A DNA stretch of 64,000 nucleotides, taken from positions 54,808,001 to 54,872,000 of the forward strand of contig NC_086373.1 of the NCBI RefSeq assembly GCF_036588685.1, in the 5' to 3' direction. A program made the position numbers and the translations under genes. Below the pieces are notes generated by a model. The model was given only the letters and a program-made list of their open reading frames with translations. It was not told where the DNA came from and made no database searches. The DNA is from Mytilus trossulus. Taxonomy: Eukaryota. Positions 11,189 to 24,152 of the stretch are shown here, piece after piece (position 1 is the stretch's first letter; the number at the start of each line of letters is the position of its first letter).

Positions 11189-11656
11189 GGTTTTAAATTT
11201 TTCATGGCCAATGAGCGGTAAAATAAAAGATTGATTTGATCGGAATTTTTAGGTTAAATCCTTGAACTAGTTTGTTTATTTTATGTTTTATTCTTGTTGT
11301 TTGGATTTTAAACACCTTAACACATTTGTAAAGTTTCTGGTTGAAGACAGTTTATTGACATTTTGGTGTTATTGTGCGTGTCGTTCGTGGTGGGGTTTTT
11401 TGGAAAGGGGGGGGGGGGGGGGGGGGTTCATGAATTATTTTAGTTTCATTTTTGTGATTAATAAAACATGTCATTTCATATTCAACTAAACACCCGGAGA
11501 CGTCAATCTGAAGCTCAATGTAGATTGTCAAATTTATATATAAATGATGTATATCTAACTAAATATCGTATATAGCATTGGTTGGAATGGATTTTCTACC
11601 AAACATTCATGGCTGTTTATTAAATTAAAAAAAAAATAAAAATGATATTATCATAC

Positions 11657-11780
11657 CTGTTTATTAGCTTTATAATATGAGGTATCTATTCGGTTTACAC
11701 AGGGAACTTGTCCGCTATCTGCAGCCGCAAGCTGTTCTGTTAATTTCATCATCTCAGCTCGATATGTTATGGACTCCTCA
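11657..11780 (-). CDS. CNBD2-like gene, coding exon 3
   Basis: TTTGAAG acceptor, GTATGA donor, 124 nt (phase 2 to 0), EESITYRAEMMKLTEQLAAADSGQVPCVNRIDTSYYKANKQ. Confidence 0.75.
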
Positions 11781-13066
11781 CTTCAAATTAAAAAAAAATA
11801 TAAGCTAGGTCTATGGCTATTGAAATAGATTACGCTTATTTTATTATCTGTATGTTTAGAAAACAGCAATAGATCATGCAGTAATCTCCGACTTAAAGTC
11901 CAAGATTGCTCTGATGAATGAGCGACTCCAATACTGACAAAGTCAGCACAATCTCGGACTAACTGAGTACGTTTGGAAGAACATGATAAATTATAAGTCG
12001 ACATTGGCTTTGAAATAGCTTACAGTAACTGCGAGTACTTTTATATCGGTGCTCAGTGTCTTTTTTCAATGAATAAGTTTTTTTTTATTGTGCTTAGTGT
12101 CTATCTAGTGAGACACGCTATTTCCAACTTATGTGTCTCGTGTTTTGATGTAACACCCTTGCCCAAAGTTAGCTGAGGGTACATGGGTTCTTTTATATTC
12201 TTTTTGTTCTGTATTAGTCTGTTGTTTGTTCGTTTGAATTGTTTCACCTATTGTCATGTCGGGGCTTTTAATAGCTGACTATAGAGTATGTGTTTTTTTT
12301 AAGTGTTTAAAACCTTGCGCTGACAGATAATTGCTTAAATTGAAGTCATTGTGGACTTTGTTTTGAACAAATGTATTTGTATAGATATAGGAAGATGTGG
12401 TGTGAGTGCCAATGAGACAACTCTCCATTTAAATAACAATCTATAATTTGTGTCTTGTTTGCAGTGATGCCACATCTCCTTATTTGTTATTCGTATCCTG
12501 TCAATGGTTGATGGTTGTCAAGGGTAGTAACTCCATCATATTGAATTTCAGAAGGTTTTATTTTCATTGTGTGAAAACTCCCCCACATTCCCATCCCTTT
12601 TAGAGGTTGCAACTCCTCATTCAGTATTGACCAATGTATTTTTGACTGTTCTGTTTAAGAACTTGTTAGCATTCAAACTTCAAAAGGTTTTCGTATTTTG
12701 CCTATCAACCTTTAAAACTTTCTTTTGTACTTTTAACGATAATCATTCTTTTTAACATGCTAATTTCATAGTTAAACGGTTAATACCATACACAAATCAT
12801 TTGACATTAATTCATGAATACATTACATTAAGATAAGCTAGATGAATTTGTTATATTTCTGATGTCATTTACAAATGTTAGTTCAATAATAAATAGCATA
12901 AAAGAATAATAAATAAATGAAATGCATGAAAAGGGTCGTTTTCGCATAATCACCCAAAGAAAAGTCATTATGTTTTGATATCCCCTGTTAGACACACTTT
13001 CGTTTAAATGGTCGTCAAAATATGAATAGAAATGTATGTTTGCTGTTGTTATATATATATACATAC

Positions 13067-13149
13067 TTATTCACCATTACTTTGTGGCACAAGTGGATCA
13101 TGTAACCAATGGACCGTGCTATAATTCTAAACTTCAATATCAACCGTTT
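13067..13149 (-). CDS. CNBD2-like gene, coding exon 2
   Basis: TTACAG acceptor, GTATGT donor, 83 nt (phase 0 to 2), KRLILKFRIIARSIGYMIHLCHKVMVN. Phases join exons 1 and 3 in frame. Confidence 0.72.
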
Positions 13150-14475
13150 CTGTAAATTAAAATACAAATATGTTAAAAATACACAAAGAAAATTGATGTT
13201 AAATAATAATATTACTACAAAATGTATAATTAAGTGCCACTCAAACAAATTGAAAAAAAAAAGATTTTTGTAATGTTAAAACCAAAATATATAGATAAAA
13301 AAAAAATGAAAAAAAAAATGATAGGCAAACGCGGATAGCTAAATTTGTTCACGCGTGCGTGTTGCCACATGCATAACAAATCAACTATCATTCGTATAAT
13401 AGGCCAACCATTTCAACTAAATAGGGTAAATGCTTAGGTTACATGTAAAAAATGATGTCGTTCAGATTTGAAGATCTTGAAGTATAGTTCAAGTGGACAA
13501 GCTGTGTTGGAGGTCTAAATTAACTAAGTTCAGTATGTAAAGGCCAACACAATTTGCCCATTGATTGTATGTACCTGTTCGTCGTTCGAGAATGTAACTT
13601 AATGTATAGAATTTTAATACTTTAATCTCAAGTTTAAATCTTCAGTTTGAGAATCGTGAAATATGTTTATACAACGACTAAATGAAGTAAATCGAACGTA
13701 ATTAAATTAAACGATACAAATATTATTAATAGTAAAATTCCTAATTTCACACAAAGTTAAACTATATAAAGAGATAACGGATTGTTCGTTTTGTTTGATT
13801 TAAAGAAAAACTCTTTTGATATGGTTTAAAATTTAATATTACAAACCAAGGTGATCGCACGAGAGTTCTCGAGATGAAAGGACAAGGTCTGGGAACTCGA
13901 GAGTTTTTATTGCAGACTGTCCATATGAGTGTTATGATCATTTATATAATATTTTCGTTTTCACAATCTATTTCTTAATTACATTGTGATTCGTGTTTAA
14001 AACCATCGTTCTCTGAGCGCCACAAAACGTTCTAATAGATCTTTGACCAATTCCCTCATAATTATAACTCCTTAAATGTTAACATGTTTATAAGAGAGGC
14101 GAAAGATACAAGAGGGACAGCCAAACTCATAGATCGAAAATAAAATGACAACGCCATGGCCTAATATGAAAAAGACAAACAGACAAATAATAGTACACAA
14201 GACACAACATAGAAAACAAACTGAAGATTAAGCAACACGAACCCCACATAAAACTGGAGGTGATCTCTTTAAGCATCCCTGTCTTTCAGTGTTTAAACTT
14301 GAGCGTTCTAGATGGAAGTGAATTTAGAAAAGCGATTCGGACGCACGAAACTTTTAAATTGGTATTCTCATTTCCAGTAGCCTTTAACAAATTTTTGACT
14401 TTTGCACTTTGTATTTTGGGATTTAATGTTTTTCCATATAGAGTTAACAAGCGAACAAACGGACGGACGGCCAAC

Positions 14476-15043
14476 AATATAAAAAAGAAGATGTTGTATG
14501 ATTGCTAATGAGACAACTATCCACAAAAGACCATAATGACACAGACATTAACAACTATAGGTCACCGTACGGCCTTCAACAATGAGCAAAGCCCATACCG
14601 CATAGTCAGATATAAAAGGCCCCGAGAAAACAATGTAAAACAATTCAAACGAGAAAACTAACGGCCTTATTTATGTAAAATAATAAACGAGAAACAAATA
14701 TGTAACACATAAACAAACGACAACCACTGAATTTACAGGCTCCTGACTTGGGACAGGCACATACATAAATAATGTTGCGGGGTTAAACATGTTAGCGGGA
14801 TCCCCCCACCCACCCACCCCTTAACCATGGACAGTGGTATAACAGTACAACATAAGAACGAACTATAAAAATCAGTTAAAAAAGGCTTAACTCATCACAT
14901 GGACAAAAATACAAGTGGACGTGGCCGGGTACTTATACATCCCGATACAAAAAGACACAATGAACAGATATGAGATTACTCGCAGTTATCATCTGACAGC
15001 TAGTTCAAAGCCACTAACAACTAATAAAAAAATCATGCATCTA
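14476..15043 (-). mobile_element. Naiad/Penelope-associated 3' end repeat, family A, with a damaged twister at 14736-14828
   Basis: Contains CCTGTCCCAAGTCAGG, AACATGTT, GGGATCCC and the GGGGCC motif. The GAGGG segment is replaced by a GGGT expansion. Confidence 0.7.
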
Positions 15044-16005
15044 AACACAGATTTCAGCAACATGCCAGTATTAATACCGGTGAGATGAAATTAAACTTTG
15101 ATTTTTTATTTCATTGATAAATTTTTAAAAAGGCTTGTGGTTTTTTTTCTTTTCTTTTTATTCACTTTTTTAAGGCATGCAACACTTGTCTGTTCGGAAT
15201 TTGGACTCTGGTGAAAAGTTGTGTCATTGGCAATCATACCGCCCAAACCTCAATATTTGTATATCATAAGGATTTATTTATTATATATCTATATAGAATA
15301 GAATTGAAATAAAAAGTTCAGTATTATACTATATGTCTCAAATGCCAAATTTTTTTTTTATTTACAGTGAAAATTCAAATCCCTAAGAAACTGATATGAA
15401 AAGACATATGAGTTTGACTGAAAACCTATTGACCACATGCAGGTATGAATTCATATGGCTTTTGATAACTTGCTTACATTAAGTATATGTGTTTTACGGA
15501 TTACTGTGAAATATTAAATCAAACAATCTAAATATTATTATAAACAAAATGTTTAATTTGACACTTGTTGAGGACAACTTTAAAAAAAAAAAACAGCTAT
15601 GGATAACTGAATAATAAATTTTAAAAAGTAAGTCTAATTTGTTTGCTCAGACATTGTGTAGTTAAGAAAAACTGTTTGAACAAACATTAAGATTTGCTAC
15701 TTGTTCATCGGATCCGTTTTAAAAAATTGAAGGGAAGACATAACTAAAAGCCATTTTAATATTTAATAGGGGATAATATACTGCTCCTTTCCATATGCCA
15801 TTGGTAAATAAATAAATTTGGTGTTTTTACTGTCTTCTGATTGGTTAAAATTATTAGTTTTATTTTCAATGTTGTCAATTTTGATGGCGACACGCCCACT
15901 CTGACGCTGTGTATTCATACGCCAACATGTGTGTACGCTTGTTATTGTGAATATAAATAATATAAAAAGTTCTTTGAGCCTGATTTTTGAAAGAAATTTA
16001 TTTAT

Positions 16006-16162
16006 AATGAATGGCAATGATTTATTTTGATTTTATTGAACCATAAAACTAATTTTTGACTCTTCACATTTTACATAATCCGCTTCGCGGATTATTCAAT
16101 GTGAATAGTCAAAAATTAGTTTTATGGTTCAATAAAATCAAAATAAATAATAGCCATTCATT
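16006..16162. repeat. Long near-perfect hairpin, probably the end of a Crypton-like non-autonomous element
   Basis: ~60-bp inverted arms around ATAATCCGCTTCGCGGATTAT. Similar hairpins at 41339-41497 and 54304-54620. Confidence 0.6.
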
Positions 16163-17036
16163 AAATGTTCCATGCCAAATTCATATATTGATTTCGTTAA
16201 GCAAATGGTGTATTGCTTTTTCTCTTGGTGTTTTTCTTCGAAACAAACCCCATTGAACCAATATGAAAATAGGGGATATTAATATGGTGTTGTGATATTT
16301 TTAAAAATAACTATTACTAGTAGTCAAAGAAACATTTCTTCGATGTTTTTCTTCGTTATTCGGTTACTAACAATTTAGATTTAGCGAAATAAGTCAAACA
16401 GCATATTTCGAGAATTACTGAACAAAGAATAAGGGAAGCATAATGAAACTTTATATTATGTATATTAATTTAACGTGACTGCAAGAGTTTACATTCAAAT
16501 ATCTTAAAAACAAGTCCTAAGGTACAAAATGTATAAGTGTCATATTTCATGAGGATTTTGCAAATCGTGTATTGAAGAGAAATCCAAATTGATTTTTTTT
16601 CTTTTTGTCTGCTATTCTTTAAGCAATTAATTTAAAAGACATTTAAATCAATTAACTGTTAATCAAATTGTGGGATACAATAACCATGACAGAAAAAGGT
16701 CAGTAGTTCGTAGCGATAGACTTACAATGAATTACTAGTATACATTATATTGCATAAAAAAGCATCAATACCGCCAATTGAAGACGCTGAACATATCCTG
16801 GTATATATACAACGAGTAAAAACCACAAAAATTTAATATGAAATAAATAAATGATGGAAAAATAAAGTTTTTTGTTTTTTTCAAATGTTCTTTTAAAAAA
16901 TAAAATATGATAGTTCATGACAATAAATCAGTTCTTACAATCTTATTAAAATATGAGCTCATATGTAGTATAACATAATCAGAGATCAATATTTTAATTA
17001 GATTGTCAGTTCTTACTATATTCTACAAAATCTAAC

Positions 17037-17465
17037 CTTTCTTTCTTCCGATTTTCGACTTAGGAATGACACCAGCCGAGAATCTTTCAATAAGGTATCA
17101 CCACTACGACGTTTGCTATTGATTCCATGCGACCCATGAATAGTTCCTCTTCGTTTATCATCAGACATGGCTAAAAATTTAAACATAACAGAATCAGATG
17201 TTCTTCTATTACCAACTAGCATTGTCGCCCGTATAGCACCCTTAAACTTCTTTAGAGCACTGCCGCTATTAGGTTTGCCATCATTGTTTATTTTGTCGCG
17301 AGAATAAGATACAATTTCTGTAGTTGATCTCCGTTTCAGTGGCTGGTCGATTGTAGATGAGCTCCAATGCCATTCCCTTTCCGGTGAGGATGAAAATCTT
17401 CGAAATTTTGTCGAAGCCAGATTAACAGAAGTCGTACTACTCGATCTAGATTTTCTACTTGCCAT
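17037..17465 (-). CDS. CNBD2-like (cyclic nucleotide-binding domain protein) gene, coding exon 1
   Basis: ATG-initiated 143 codons, Ser/Arg-rich (MASRKSRSSS...KSEERK), then an AAG|GTTAGA donor in phase 0. The cNMP domains are not in the window, so the family call rests on exon 3-4 similarity. Confidence 0.7.
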
Positions 17466-20117
17466 TTTTTTTTGTAAAATTAAAGAACGTCTTCAGTATT
17501 AGTGAAGTTTTAACTAACTGTTTGATTTACATTAAAACTTAGTTACTTGGGGGTTATTTAAAATGTTACAAGAATTTAAAATCTGTCTTGTTTAATTATC
17601 GAAAATTGAGCCCGACCAATCATTGAAAATAGGTGAAAAATGATAACCATACACTTAAGAATTACAAATAATAGAAACAGATTTTATCAAAGATTAAACA
17701 CGTTTGCATGTTTAATAGTAGAGCTCACTAAAGAAAATAACCCACAAGATACCTCACAAAGAAATCTTTAATTCGTAAAAATAACATTTTGATAATCAAA
17801 GATTCAATTACATCCTTAATAAATAAGTGATTGTTATTTTGCGCACTGTTTCTCATACGATTAAATACGATTAACCCTAAATATTACATTTTTTGTCTCA
17901 AAATGACTGAATAACCTTCCATATTTTCGCATGATTCATCAAAAGGAACGCCTCATACTTCGGTAACATATTTATTGGAAAAAAGGATGATACAAGTACG
18001 AAGATTTTCCTTTATTTCTTTCATGAATTTAATAACTCTCTCCGGTAATTTCTTTTACAGCTCACCTCAATGTTTCGTACATGCTTTTTCTATTATTAGG
18101 ATGTGTAAAGGGGTTTGGGAACATATAATGCATATTAGATAAGCAATAGCGTATGATGTAAATTTCAAAATATATTAAAAGTGAACTGGTTTTGTCTGAC
18201 TTTAATTGATGATTGATTATATATATTGATTTTAAAATATAGGTAAAAAAGAAGGATTGAGCGCAGTCATTATTGCTTCGTGGGAAGTGTTCCATCTAAA
18301 ATCTTGACCACAATTGCATTGCCTTTTTACTATTTATTAAACAAAGTATCCTCAATTATATCTCCCTCTCATGCAAAAACAATCTCATAAAACTATTTAA
18401 TGTACAAATTGAATATTCATTGGTATTTTGTTTTATAGAAATCATTCGTCATATTAATTATTCAGAAAATTGAAAATATTAAAAACAGCTAACATACGAT
18501 AATAAAAACATACTAATCGTATTTCAAAACGATAACCATTTATAATTTCAAAAGAATAAAATATCGATCATATATTATGTATATATTACGATTTATTATT
18601 CAATGTTTGATTTGTATTTCAGAAACTATTAAGGTGCATGAAATGCATTAATACATTTTTACATAATATTTGATGAAATAGATGAAGGTTTGCTGAAAAA
18701 ATCAAGAACATTCAGTTCGCGGATTGTGATGAAGTACAAAAAAATGTAATTATAGTAAGAACATCCGGATCGAAGAATAGTTGTAAACAATATGTTTGAG
18801 AAAGAAAGGAAGAAAGTCTTAAATGAAAATAAAATACAACTTGAAAAACAATAAATATGATACTATAAAATAATAATTATAAATTTTGTACCAAAAAACT
18901 AAGTTATATTAATGTCACCTTATAACAGTAGTACTAAATTAGAATGATCTAAAATTTCAACAGACAATGTATATGCTGAGCTATCTCGTTGCTATTTGTA
19001 ACACATATCCGTCAAATTAAGATAATAATTTATGCCCATAGAAAAACCACTATGGTCATTGTACTAAGTTTGAACTTCGAAAGTACTTTATTATCAACTT
19101 AGTACTTTCGTTTTCAAACAAAAAAGAAATTCTGTTAAATTGTCATCATCATTATTATATGAATTAAAATATCATAAGTTTTATCATTTTTTTATTAATT
19201 TTTTTTTACATAAATCCTTATGTTTGCGGTTAAAACTAAAATCAAATCTTTAGCAACTTATCAAAAAAGCTGCTCAATAAATAGTTTTAGTAAAGTATCT
19301 TAAAATATGAGATTATGAGAAAAGTACGATGAAACATATATACATACCTATAGGTGAGTGTAGTGCAAAATAAGCTCTACCTATACATGTGTTAGTTCTT
19401 CATAAGGTTGAAGACACTGTGATCTAAGCAAGTATATGTATTCAGCCGATTAATTTACCACGAAATTATGAATATGCACACCTTCTATTCAGAGCAAACA
19501 TGTCTTTAATCTTATTTTACATAATTGTAGCTTAGCTAAATTGTTTGCAATTGTCAATGTAAATTTACTTAGGTGATTTCAATGTGAACTCGTTGATGAA
19601 GGAGTCGATCGTTGAGGGATATGATATGGAATTTAATCTGTTTTTGTCAACACATGTATTACTTAAATAACTATTGATGATTACCTGTTGTGTTTAATTA
19701 GTCTTAACCCTACTCAATATTTTCATTCTATGTTTGAATACATATTCAGATTTTAAAAGTCGATATTTAAAGATATGAAATTTGATAACAATGTTCGTTT
19801 TCTTATACATAACTTTTTCTTCCTCGGTACATACAATACTTCAAAAATTGATAATTAATATGTTTGACAAGTCATTAGTTTTTATTAATAAGTCATTAAA
19901 ATATGAATCTTAACCACGTGACCTTTTTACCCTGGTAAGTGACACAATCACACAGTTGAGTAGCAAACTTATATTGATAAAATATTTCTATGTATTTTTG
20001 AAGATTTTCACTTTGTCATTCGACATTTATTTTATCATAAGAACATGTAGAATATATACTGATTAAAGGAAGACAGGTGTGACAAAGGGACAAACCAAAG
20101 CTGTAAGTCAAAGAAGG

Positions 20118-20370
20118 ATTGATTGATTGATTGGTTGGTGTTTAACGCCACTGTCAGTACTTTTGTTGTGCTATTTCAAGGCGGTCAGTTTTAATTAGTT
20201 GGGGAAACCGTTGTACCAAGGGAAAACCACCGACCTATGGTAGGAAAACTGACAGTTATATAGTCAATTAGAATTGCATTGGAGTCGTGTGGAATTCGAA
20301 CTCACAACCAAGTGTTGGTAGGCTAGTGATATAGTAGTTCGACTACATAAAACACTGCCACCACTCGGCC
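20118..20370 (-). mobile_element. tRNA-derived SINE, degenerate
   Basis: Minus strand has box A-like GGCCGAGTGG, box B GAGTTCGAATTCC and a (TCAA)n tail. Confidence 0.7.
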
Positions 20371-22079
20371 ATTTGGTATCATGTCAGGAACATGACAGTT
20401 GCTTTCCTTTCGTTTGATCTGTTTTGAATTTTTCTTAGAATTGGGTATTTTTTTATTTTTTTTTATCATCTCATTTTATCCCGAAGTGAACAGAACAAAT
20501 ATACTTTTCCTTGTCAGCAAACCTTAGTTAATTGATTTTTGTACTTAACAGAGAGACATATATCGAGGAAGAGATGGATATCAGTCCAGAGCAGCTGAGA
20601 TCGAACCCACTTCCCTTCCCCGGTTTTTAAGCAGGTTGTTGTTGCTCACTTGTGAGTTTTCTATGTTGTGTTTCGCAGTCCTATGTCAGCTAGTCTTCTT
20701 CTCCGAGTATTCTTTTGGTATGTTCCGCTATTTCTTTGATTTCTAGTATTTTCTATGAATATGTTTGAAAATTGTGTCTGAATGTGTTACCATTTCAGAA
20801 TTCTGTCATGCATACGGGCAAACATCTGACCAGTTTCTGGTACATGTACAACAGGTCAGTATCCGACGAAATAGTAGACAAAGTAAATAGAATCGTGATC
20901 ATACGGATTAAAGATTTATTTCTATTTCAAGGTATTTTACTAAATAAGCGTCATTTGTTATTACGCATGAGACACGAGTTTTATAGATTATACCATTACA
21001 ATTATAGCACTGACACCTTCGTGTATATATACTATTTCAGTTTCATGTTCAGTCTAAATATTCGTTGGCCTTTTGACCGCTGAGGGATGCAAACTTTGCC
21101 AAATGAAAATTTCAAAATAAGAATTCATTAAACTAACAATTTGGAAATTAGACTTCCGAGACATTTTTGGACTAAAAATTAAAAACTCTCTTAACTCAGT
21201 TACAATAAATTAAATGAAATGTGAAATGAAAAATTAAGATATTGCAATGCATGTTGTCATAATACATGTGTACTTCAAAACGTTGTCCCCATAGTTATAA
21301 ATAAGCTATGCTTGTCATACACATACTATGTTGTGTTTGTCTTTTTTTTTAGCCATGGCTTTTCATTTTTATTTTTAACAGCAGAGTTTGAAAGTTCTGA
21401 CGGTTTATTTTGCCTCTTTTTTCTTTCTCCAATTAAATACTCCAACCATTGTCTGTACTATAAGAGATCGTATACTATTACAACAAATGTTTTGGTACTA
21501 ACCTTCGTCTAAACATTTTAAAAGGTTTAATTGAAATAAATGTCTGCAGAGAAACAATTCTGGATATATGCCTTTATTCATAAACAACAGAACATAAACT
21601 ATATTCAAATCAGTTTGGAGGTTAATCTATAACATTTTGCCTAGAAAAAGTTTGAATGGAGTTAAAATCACGGGAATCTCTGTCGAATTATCATGCACAA
21701 AATTAATGACAAATTGTATTATTTCCCTTAAAAGGGAAGAAAACCTACAGAAAATTCATAATCAATTAAGGATTATGCTATATTTTTTTTTAGAGCAATT
21801 GTGTAAAATACTAGTCCGGATTGGTGTTGTTTATTCGGATTTCAGTCAATTATATTCCCGGAATTTGTGTTTTAAATACTCTTCAGCATCCTATTTGAAT
21901 TAACATTCAAACTGACGAGTCTTGTGAAGACGTAACTACCAAATTATAAGCCTGATACACCTTTGATTAGCTTTTACGTATAAAAGAGTCAGCTTCGTGC
22001 AAACATCTATTTTTGTGTTAGAAGATTTTGTGTGCTAAATCTGTTACTGTTATCAAGGATAAATTATTGCGTCGCTAAG

Positions 22080-22435
22080 TTGTCTTATTTTAATTTCAGT
22101 TTCTTGTGTACAATTTGGAAATTAGTATGGCGTTCATTATCACTGAACTAGTAAATGTTTGTTTATGGGCCAGCTGAAGGACGCCTCCTGGTGCGGGAAT
22201 TTCTCGCTACATTGAAGACCTGGCCTTGAAAACATATAACCTTTCGAGTCAAAACTCCAAAATCAACCAATCAAATTGCTGGATTTCATGTTTCGATCAT
22301 AATTTTTGTGCTCCAAGCACTGAGCAAAGTTTTATGCCTTCAAGGCCTGTTGGTGACCTTCTGCTGTTGTTTTTTTTTCTATGGTCGGCTTGTTGTCTCT
22401 TTGACGCATTCCCAATTTCCATTCTTAATTTTATT
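22080..22435 (+). mobile_element. Family C Naiad 3' end fragment, inverted relative to 22877-24152 and interrupted by a MITE
   Basis: Reverse-complement match to about 22877-23110. Confidence 0.8.
22223..22346. mobile_element. 124-bp MITE with CTG TSD (Harbinger-like)
   Basis: TIR GCCTTGAA...TTCAAGGC. Removing the insert plus one CTG restores GAAGACCTGTTGGTGACC as in the other copies. Confidence 0.8.
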
Positions 22436-23121
22436 ATTCGATACGACAAGTGCTGCTGACCGCACAATTTTTGAGCAACAGGACGGTTGCCACATGAGGA
22501 GCAGGATCTACTTACCCTTGCGGAGCACTTGAGATCGCCCGCAGTATTTGGTCGAGTTCGTGTTTTACTCGGTCTTTAGTTTTCTATGTTGTTTCTTGTG
22601 TACTATTATTTGTCTGTTTCTCTTTTCTATTTTTAGCCATAGCGTTGTCAGTTTATTTTCGATTGGTGAGTTTGACTGTTCCTCTGGTATATTTCGCCCC
22701 TCTTTTATAGTAACTATCCGGCTCATGGTATCATTTCTTCTGAATGTTACATACCTTTAATAATATGCTGATTCAAAATCAAATATCAAAAACATATAAT
22801 TAAGCTTATGGAGGAATGGTTTGAAAAATGTTTGATATAAAATAAACAGGAAATATTGGTATAACTTTTACTAGGAAATAAAATTGAGAATGGAAATGGG
22901 GAATGTGTCGGAGAGACAACAACCCGACCAAATAAAAAAAAAAACAACAGCAGAAGGTCACCAACAGGTCTTCAATGTAGCGAGAAATTCCCGCACCCGG
23001 AGGCGTCCTTCAGCTGGCCCCTAAACAAACATATACTAGTTCAGTGATAATGAACGCCATACTAATTTCCAAATTGTACACAAGAAACTAATATAAAAAT
23101 AATACAAGACTAACAAAGGCC

Positions 23122-23204
23122 AGAGGCTCCTGACTTGGGACAGGCGCAAAAATGCGGCGGGGTTAAACATGTTTGTGAGATCTCAACCCTCCCCCTATAC
23201 CTCT
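23122..23204 (-). ncRNA. Twister ribozyme, type-P5 permutation (family C), ~320 nt downstream of the RT stop
   Basis: AGAGGT-ATA-GGGG-GAGGG-TT-GAGATCTC-AC-AAACATGTTT^AA-CCCC-GC-CGCATTTTTGCG-CCTG-TCCCAAGT-CAGG-A-GCCTCT. Predicted cleavage at 23165/23164. Confidence 0.82.
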
Positions 23205-23520
23205 AACCAATGTAGAAAAGTAAACGCATGACAATACGCACATTAAAATTCAGTTCAAGAGAAGTCCGAGTCTGATGTCAGAAGATGTAACCAAAGAAAA
23301 TAAACAAAATGATAATAATACATAAATAACAACAGACTACTAGCAGTTAACTGACATGCCAGCTCCAGACTTCAATTACACTGACTGACTGATTATGATT
23401 TCATCATATGAACATCAGGCACAATCCTTCCCGTTAGGGGTTTAGTATCATACCATCATAACATATATGAGAAGAACATAACCCGTGTCATGCCAACAAC
23501 TGTTTTTAGAATAAATGTGT

Positions 23521-24152
23521 TTAGTTTCGACGCAAAGACCTTATCAGTGACTCAATATTAACGCCAAAATATGCAATCTTTAATGACTTGACAACATTAT
23601 CGTAAGTATATCCCTTCTTAATACGTCTATTCAAAGGTTTTGTAAGTTTCTGAGGTGAATACTGACACCTTTGTGCTTTATAAAGAATATTTCCATAAAA
23701 AAATGGATGTGAAATACCTGAACGTATAAGAAGTCTGCATGTTGAGCTATATTTACGAATGATGTCTTTATACCGATAATAAAATTTAGTAAATGTTTTG
23801 ACTAGTTTGTGATATCGAAAACCCTGGTGTAATAATTTTTCAGTAATACATAAATTTCTCTCGTTAAAATCTAAAACATTGTTACATGCACGAGCAAATC
23901 GTACAAGTTGAGATATATAAACACCGTAAGATGGTGACAAGGGAACGTCACCATCTAAAAACGGATAATTAACGATAGGAAATGAAAAATCATCCCTTTT
24001 ATCATAAATTTTAGTATTCAGCTTTCCGTTAGTGATATAGATATCAAGATCGAGGAAAGGGCAGTGGTCATTGTTAGTATTAGCTTTATTTAAAGTAAGT
24101 TCAGCAGGATAAATTTCATTAATATACATACTGAAGTCGTCATTATTGAGAG
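23521..24152 (-). pseudogene. Penelope-like reverse transcriptase C-terminal fragment (~210 aa, open)
   Basis: RT-like sequence begins at LNNDDFSMY, just after where the YIDD motif should be. The upstream part of the ORF-track entry is flanking DNA. Confidence 0.85.

Larger units (their letters stand above)
22877..24152 (-). mobile_element. 5'-truncated Penelope-like retroelement (Naiad-like), RT C-terminus plus 3' region (family C)
   Basis: YPAELTL...PFLDLDI...KIYDKRDDFSFPIVNYPFL...SYGVYISQLVRFARAC. The ORF stops after the RT thumb with no C-terminal GIY-YIG, as expected for PLEs with an N-terminal endonuclease. Confidence 0.88.

Noticed and set aside
21912-21940. Third hammerhead ribozyme
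   Set aside because: CTGACGA-GTCTT...AAGAC is present, but the GAAA core and stem III are lost. Dead remnant.
22480-22565. Ribozyme in the family D PLE tail
   Set aside because: Stem-rich with palindrome-like words, but the copies here are degenerate and I found no twister, hammerhead or HDV core.
22951-23021. HDV-like ribozyme or tRNA-derived SINE head for the GGGGCC motif
   Set aside because: Strand order does not give the nested P1/P1.1/P2 double pseudoknot or a C-containing J4/2, and there is no convincing box A/B cloverleaf.
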